From NCBI GenBank assembly GCA_004293295.1, contig RDYC01000186.1:1-38552 (forward strand): a stretch of DNA of 38,552 bases. The letters run 5' to 3'. Numbering within the stretch: position 1 is the stretch's first letter; each line of letters opens with the position of its first letter. Shown here in pieces: positions 33,520-38,552 of the stretch. The notes under the pieces are model-generated. The model was not told the origin of the DNA. It did no database searches and was given only the letters and a program-made list of their open reading frames with translations. The translations under genes were made by a program, and so were the position numbers. This DNA comes from Bacteroidota bacterium. GTDB taxonomy: Bacteria > Bacteroidota > Bacteroidia > UKL13-3.

Positions 33520-35772
33520 TTACTCATTGTCTATTTCATAAATATCTTTATAGTCGGGAAGCTCTTTGTTAATGTCCACATCTAAGTCAATTAATTTACC
33601 ATTGGATATATCGTAAACCCAACCATGTACTTGTGGAAATCCATAGGTGTTAATATTTTTTTGAATGAAGGAGGTTTTCATGAGGTTAATTACCTGCTCT
33701 TTCACATTAACCTCAACCAATCTTCGGTGACGTAAATCACTATCAGTTATGGCATCTAATTCATCTTTATGTAAACGGTAAACATCCTTAATGTTTCTAA
33801 GCCATTTATCTATTAAGCCATTTGATTTGTGTTCAACAGCGGCTTTAATACCACCGCATCCATAGTGTCCGCAAACAATAATGTGTTTTACATTAAGTAC
33901 TTCAACACCATATTGCACCACACTAAGCATATTCACATCTGTGTTCACCACCATATTGGCAATATTTCGATGTACAAACATTTCACCGGGGTCAGTTCCT
34001 GTAATTTCGTTTGCAGGAACCCGACTGTCGCTACAGCCTATAAAAAGATACTGCGGAGTTTGCCCTGCCGATAAACGGCTAAAGTATTCAGGGTCATTCA
34101 TGGTTTTATCGTCAACCCATTTTTGGTTATTAACAAACAGTCGCTCATACGATTTGCGCATGTTCTCTTTAAGTTCTTCTTTTTCTAAGCCGTCCATAAA
34201 ATTTATTTTACCAAATATAACTTCAATGTTTTTGAGATGAGCATGTTGTTTAAAATTGATAATTACCTCTTGCACATCCTTGTCAATATATTGAGTTCTG
34301 CTGCCATCTATCTCTATAACGCTATTCTCAGGTATTTTGTCCAACAGAGTGGCTATTCTTTTTTTATGTAAAAAGGTAATATTCTCACCCAAAACCAGTC
34401 GTTTCCTTGTTCCATAATCAATTATCCGTAACGTGGTTACTTTGTAATCTTCAAACACCACGATAACTATTGAGAGGAGAATACCTAAGGCAACCCCAAT
34501 AAGTAAGTCACTAAGCACTATTGCCGTTACAGTTAAAGCAAAAGGTAGAAACTGGTTATAGCCTTTTTTAAATTCTTCTACAAATATGGCGGGAGAAAAT
34601 AATTTAAATCCGGTATAGATAAGTATTGCAGCTAAACTGGCTAAGGGTATGAGATTAATAATACTGGCTAAAAACATCACCGCTACTATAATCAGCAAAC
34701 CATGTGTAACACTTGCTATTCTTGTTTTACCTCCTGCCGATACATTAACTGAGCCCCTAACGATTACTGCTGTAATGGGAATACCACCTAATAATCCAGC
34801 TAAAATATTACCTGAGCCCTGGGCCAGCAACTCTTGATTGTTGTTGGTTTTGCGTTTAAGTGGGTCTAGTTTATCAATAGCCTCGGTTGAAAGTAGGGTT
34901 TCAATGGATGCAACAATCGCTATTGTAAGGCCAATTCTCAACACGTCTAAATTAAATAGCATACTCCATTTGGGAAAACTGGTGCTATTTATAAAACCTG
35001 TAATGCTGTTTATTTTTGGAACATTTACGTAATGATCAGTTGCTAGCTGCCCAACAAAAACATAGTTGTTTATGAAATAACTTACCAACACACCAACAAT
35101 AACAACCAACATGGCACCCGGAATAATTTTAAATTTTTGTTGAAATTTTTTATCCCACAAAACCAACACCAATAAGGAAACCAATCCGGTGATTAGAACG
35201 CCTTTATTAATATGATTTACAGCATGCCAAAACACGGTAAAAGTATTTGCTTCGGCATCCTTATCACCAGTGTATTGCTCGTTAATATCAAATTTGTTTA
35301 TGGCAAACTCTTCTACCCCCATCTCTTCAATATCGTAACCAATAAGGTGAGGAAACTGTTTAATAATTAAGATGAGTCCTATAGCACTTAACATGCCTTT
35401 GATTACGGAGTTGGGAATATAGCTGGCCAATTCGCCTGTTCTAAATAACCCAAAAGCAATTTGAAATACTCCAGCTAAAACTGTAGCAAGCAAAAACGCT
35501 TCGTAGCTACCTAACGTTTGGATTCCACTAAGCACTATGGCTGTTAAGCCGGCTGCCGGGCCTGTTACACTTAACTCTGAGCCACTAAATAATCCAACAA
35601 TAACACCCCCAATAACACCACTAATTAAACCTCCCATCAACGGGGCTCCACTGGCGTGGGCAATGCCTAAACAAAGTGGAACGGCAACAAAAAAAACCGC
35701 AATGCCTGAAGGTAAGTCGTATTTTAAATTCTCTTTAACCTGAAAATTTGGAATAGAAAAGTCTATTTTCAT
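33520..35772 (-). CDS. SulP-family anion transporter fused to a C-terminal beta-carbonic anhydrase
   Basis: ATG at 35772 (MKIDFSIPNF...). SulP TM core (GIAHASGAPLMGGLISGVIGG), a STAS-like linker, and beta-CA motifs QTPQYLFIGCSDSRV and IIVCGHYGCGGIKAA. Confidence 0.9.
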   Translation of the reverse strand: MKIDFSIPNFQVKENLKYDLPSGIAVFFVAVPLCLGIAHASGAPLMGGLISGVIGGVIVGLFSGSELSVTGPAAGLTAIVLSGIQTLGSYEAFLLATVLAGVFQIAFGLFRTGELASYIPNSVIKGMLSAIGLILIIKQFPHLIGYDIEEMGVEEFAINKFDINEQYTGDKDAEANTFTVFWHAVNHINKGVLITGLVSLLVLVLWDKKFQQKFKIIPGAMLVVIVGVLVSYFINNYVFVGQLATDHYVNVPKINSITGFINSTSFPKWSMLFNLDVLRIGLTIAIVASIETLLSTEAIDKLDPLKRKTNNNQELLAQGSGNILAGLLGGIPITAVIVRGSVNVSAGGKTRIASVTHGLLIIVAVMFLASIINLIPLASLAAILIYTGFKLFSPAIFVEEFKKGYNQFLPFALTVTAIVLSDLLIGVALGILLSIVIVVFEDYKVTTLRIIDYGTRKRLVLGENITFLHKKRIATLLDKIPENSVIEIDGSRTQYIDKDVQEVIINFKQHAHLKNIEVIFGKINFMDGLEKEELKENMRKSYERLFVNNQKWVDDKTMNDPEYFSRLSAGQTPQYLFIGCSDSRVPANEITGTDPGEMFVHRNIANMVVNTDVNMLSVVQYGVEVLNVKHIIVCGHYGCGGIKAAVEHKSNGLIDKWLRNIKDVYRLHKDELDAITDSDLRHRRLVEVNVKEQVINLMKTSFIQKNINTYGFPQVHGWVYDISNGKLIDLDVDINKELPDYKDIYEIDNE

Positions 35773-35976
35773 GGTAGGTGTGTCATAATAACTTGCAAAA
35801 AATAACCTTTTTATTGCATAAAACAATTTTTAAGGCTTTGGTTAGTGCGGAAGATTGGTTTTGGGATGCAACATCCATAACAACTCGTGTCAGATAACTG
35901 AATTGCGGTGAAATAACGTTTTCGGCTTATGGAATTCAGCAAATGCGCTTATATTCGCGCCTCTTAATTTTAAAGC

Positions 35977-37362
35977 GTGTTTAATATTTATCGTACGTAT
36001 AAAAATCATTTCAGTAAAGTATTGCAGCTTAGTTATCCAATTATTATTGGGCAAATAGGCATTGTATTAATGGGAGTTGCTGATATTGTAATGATTGGTC
36101 GGGTAGATGCCACCAACTTGGCTGCTGCAGGATTGGCCAACTCAGTCTATTTTTTAATCACCATTTTAGGCATAGGTACATTAACTGCTATTTCGCCTTT
36201 GGTGGCAAAAGCTAAGGGTTCAGGTCATGTAAACGAGGTAGCCTTATTTTTTCGGCAAGGCATATGGGCCTCCATTGCATTAAGCGCATTTATCGGAATA
36301 ATTTTATTTGTGCTCACCATTAATTTAGAGTGGTTCGGACAAAGTGAAGATGTAACCAAACTCACCAAATCTTACTTACACATCCTAAATGCCGGAACTG
36401 TTTTTATGCTGTTGTTTATGGCCGCTAAACAGTTTAGCGATGGGTTATCCATTACCAAGCCATCAGCCATTATAACCATTGCAGGATTATTGTTTAATGT
36501 GTTTTGGAATTATGTGTTAATTTATGGGAAGTTTGGATTCCCCAAATTATTGCTTGATGGGGCAGGATACGCCACTTCCGTTACCCGTTTGGTAATGGCT
36601 ATAGCCATGATAGGTTATGTGTTGTGGCATCCTATGTATAAACAATGGTTACGTGTTAAAGATAAATCAGTAGGGGTGAAATTATTTAAGGAAGTATTTG
36701 TAGTTGGCGTACCTTCAGGAATGCAGTATTTTTTTGAAGTAGGGGCTTTTGCTACCGCAGCCATTATGATTGGCTGGTTTAGTAAAGAACAACTGGCGGC
36801 TCATCAAATTGCTATTAATCTAGCCTCTGTTACTTATATGATAGCCACCGGCATTGCAGCGGGAGGCAGCATAGCCGTTGGCGATGCATGGGGTAGAAAA
36901 AATAAAGAAGATTTAATGAAATCAGGCAGGGCTGCACTTATACTTAGTGTAGTTTTTATGGGAGTTACGGCATTGGTGTTTGCTGTATTTAACCAATTTT
37001 TTGTGGGATTGTATATAGATGATACCTATGTGGCCGGAATGGCTGCTAACCTATTGCTTATTGCAGCATTGTTTCAACTGAGTGATGGTATACAATGTGT
37101 AAGCTTAGGGGTACTCAGGGGTCTGGCTGATACAAAAATGCCCACGGCAATAACCATTGTGGCTTATTGGGTAATTGGTATTCCTATTGGTTGGCTATTG
37201 GCCAAATATGCAAATTGGGGATTATATGGTATTTGGTTTGGGCTAAGTTTGGGATTAACCTTTTCAGCCATTATGTTAACCATACGGTTTATAAAAGAGT
37301 CCAGGGCGTTTAATGTGGTGCAGCAACAAAAAGAACAATTTGCCGATTTAATAAATGAATAA
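35977..37362 (+). CDS. MATE family efflux transporter
   Basis: 461 aa with GTG start. 12-TM profile and a typical N-terminus (VLQLSYPIIIGQIGIVLMGVADIVMIGRV). Confidence 0.85.
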   Translation: MFNIYRTYKNHFSKVLQLSYPIIIGQIGIVLMGVADIVMIGRVDATNLAAAGLANSVYFLITILGIGTLTAISPLVAKAKGSGHVNEVALFFRQGIWASIALSAFIGIILFVLTINLEWFGQSEDVTKLTKSYLHILNAGTVFMLLFMAAKQFSDGLSITKPSAIITIAGLLFNVFWNYVLIYGKFGFPKLLLDGAGYATSVTRLVMAIAMIGYVLWHPMYKQWLRVKDKSVGVKLFKEVFVVGVPSGMQYFFEVGAFATAAIMIGWFSKEQLAAHQIAINLASVTYMIATGIAAGGSIAVGDAWGRKNKEDLMKSGRAALILSVVFMGVTALVFAVFNQFFVGLYIDDTYVAGMAANLLLIAALFQLSDGIQCVSLGVLRGLADTKMPTAITIVAYWVIGIPIGWLLAKYANWGLYGIWFGLSLGLTFSAIMLTIRFIKESRAFNVVQQQKEQFADLINE

Positions 37363-38267
37363 TGAAGGCATCGTTTAAAGTACACCTGGCTTTGTTTATT
37401 GTTTCACTTATCTATGGTGCAACATTTACCATTGCCAAGCAAGTGATGCCTTTATACGTTAAACCGTTTGCATTTATTTTAATGCGTGTTTCGGTGGCGG
37501 CTGTACTTATTTTTATTTTCCATAGCCTGTTTATTAAAAAAAGAATTACTGATTGGAAAGACATACGCACGCTTTGCATCAGTGCCTTGTTTGGGGTTGC
37601 TTTTAACATGTTGTTATTTTTTAAAGGGTTGTCCATAACCACTCCCATTAATGGTGCGGTATTAATGATGAACACCCCAATTTTTGTGGTGGTGTTTGCT
37701 GCACTCTATTTAAAAGAGCGTATTACCGCACAAAAAATTATCGGTATTGGCATCGCTGCTGTGGGTGCAGTATTATTAATGGGTGGTCGTAATTTTAATT
37801 TTAGTGCGCAAACCGTTTGGGGTGATGTGATGGTAACCGGCAATGCCATTATTTACGCCTTTTACCTGGTTTATGCCAAATCGCTCATGCAAAAATATCA
37901 TCCATTAACGGTTACCATGTGGAGCTTTGTTTTTGGATGGTTTGTGGTTTTGCCATTTGGTGCGGGGGAGTTTATGGAGATTCAATTCTCAACCTTCACC
38001 CCACAAGTTTGGCTCGGAGTTGCTTTTATTACAGTTGGTTCTACCTTTCTCACTTACGTATTAAATGCTTATGCATTGCGCAAGGCCAGTTCATCGTTGG
38101 TGGGAAGTTACATCTATTTACAGCCGGTATTGGCGGCACTCATTGCCATCATATCAGGTAAAGATTTATTAACCATCGAGAAGTTGGTATTTATTTTAAT
38201 CATATTCTGCGGGGTGTTTTTGGTGAGCTGGCAAAAAAACACGGTTAAAATGCCGTTGGAGAAATAG
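37362..38267 (+). CDS. EamA/DMT family transporter
   Basis: 301 aa. Ten hydrophobic spans as two EamA-like halves. The start overlaps the MATE stop (TAATG). Confidence 0.8.
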   Translation: MKASFKVHLALFIVSLIYGATFTIAKQVMPLYVKPFAFILMRVSVAAVLIFIFHSLFIKKRITDWKDIRTLCISALFGVAFNMLLFFKGLSITTPINGAVLMMNTPIFVVVFAALYLKERITAQKIIGIGIAAVGAVLLMGGRNFNFSAQTVWGDVMVTGNAIIYAFYLVYAKSLMQKYHPLTVTMWSFVFGWFVVLPFGAGEFMEIQFSTFTPQVWLGVAFITVGSTFLTYVLNAYALRKASSSLVGSYIYLQPVLAALIAIISGKDLLTIEKLVFILIIFCGVFLVSWQKNTVKMPLEK

Positions 38268-38345
38268 TCCTACAATAGGATTATTTATTTGCGCGGCACA
38301 AAAGAGGTATACTTGCATAAATACCAACACAATTGCTGATTAGTT

Positions 38346-38552
38346 ATGGATAACACAAAATTTAACATTGCTGTATTAATTGATGGAGACAATGCCCAGC
38401 CTAAATTGATTAAGGCCATTTTGGAAGAAGTATCTAAATATGGCAAAGCAACCATTAGAAGAATTTATGGCGATTGGACCACGCCTCAAATGAATGGATG
38501 GAAAGAAACCATTAATCAATACTCCATTAGCCCAGTTCAAAAATTCTCGTAC
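38346..38552 (+). CDS. NYN (LabA-like) domain protein, N-terminal part only (runs off the right edge)
   Basis: Manual translation from ATG 38346: MDNTKFNIAVLIDGDNAQPKLIKAILEEVSKYGKATIRRIYGDWTTPQMNGWKETINQYSISPVQKFSY. The IAVLIDGDN...RIYGDW pattern is typical of NYN/LabA-like proteins. Confidence 0.7.
   Translation, partial: MDNTKFNIAVLIDGDNAQPKLIKAILEEVSKYGKATIRRIYGDWTTPQMNGWKETINQYSISPVQKFSY

Noticed and set aside
33829-34240. Plus-strand ORFs of 81 and 119 aa
   Set aside because: They are embedded antisense in the beta-carbonic-anhydrase part of the SulP fusion gene, with no motifs. Typical shadow ORFs.
35827-35976. Possible riboswitch or leader upstream of the MATE/EamA transporter operon
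   Set aside because: Only short hairpins are present (GGATG-CAA-CATCC; CTGAATT...AATTCAG, 7 bp). There is no terminator or anti-terminator pair and no match to any riboswitch core I know. The length is normal for a divergent promoter spacer.
1-38552. Search for tRNA, rRNA, IS elements, integrases, phage or defence-island signatures
   Set aside because: No tRNA-like cloverleaf cores, no rRNA-like stretches, and no transposase, integrase or recombinase-like ORFs or terminal inverted repeats were seen. All ORFs longer than 250 aa are accounted for by the calls above.

Overview
This is a tightly packed chromosomal segment of about 33 protein-coding genes with no rRNA, tRNA, CRISPR array, transposase or integrase. 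I infer a Bacteroidota origin from three things: type IX secretion (T9SS) C-terminal sorting domains of both type A and type B, recurrent TAnnTTTG / TTTGCAA -7 promoter motifs close to start codons, and no obvious Shine-Dalgarno use. Most genes are housekeeping or transport: MscS channel, GluQ-tRNA synthetase, tdk, ispH, glutathione peroxidase, asd, hutI, gamma-CA-like protein, NDH-2, GNAT, YjbR, ABC exporter, SulP-beta-carbonic-anhydrase fusion, MATE, EamA. The clearly accessory part is 9.9-21.7 kb. There, two giant PKD-rich T9SS type-B cargo genes (1521 aa and about 1781 aa) flank an ECF sigma factor. The sigma gene is translationally coupled to a single-pass membrane protein whose periplasmic end is itself a T9SS type-B C-terminal domain. 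I rank this as the best candidate for an undescribed regulatory system (a cargo-mimic anti-sigma). The second notable item is a tandem pair of about 105-nt structured RNA-like elements at 2711-2941. Each has a 5' hairpin with a compensatory base-pair change between copies and a perfectly conserved 72-nt 3' module ending in a long hairpin plus U-tract. They lie upstream of a large TolB-like/Omp85-like outer-membrane protein gene. All calls come from reading the sequence and the ORF translations by eye. No database search was possible, so family names rest on recognised motifs.
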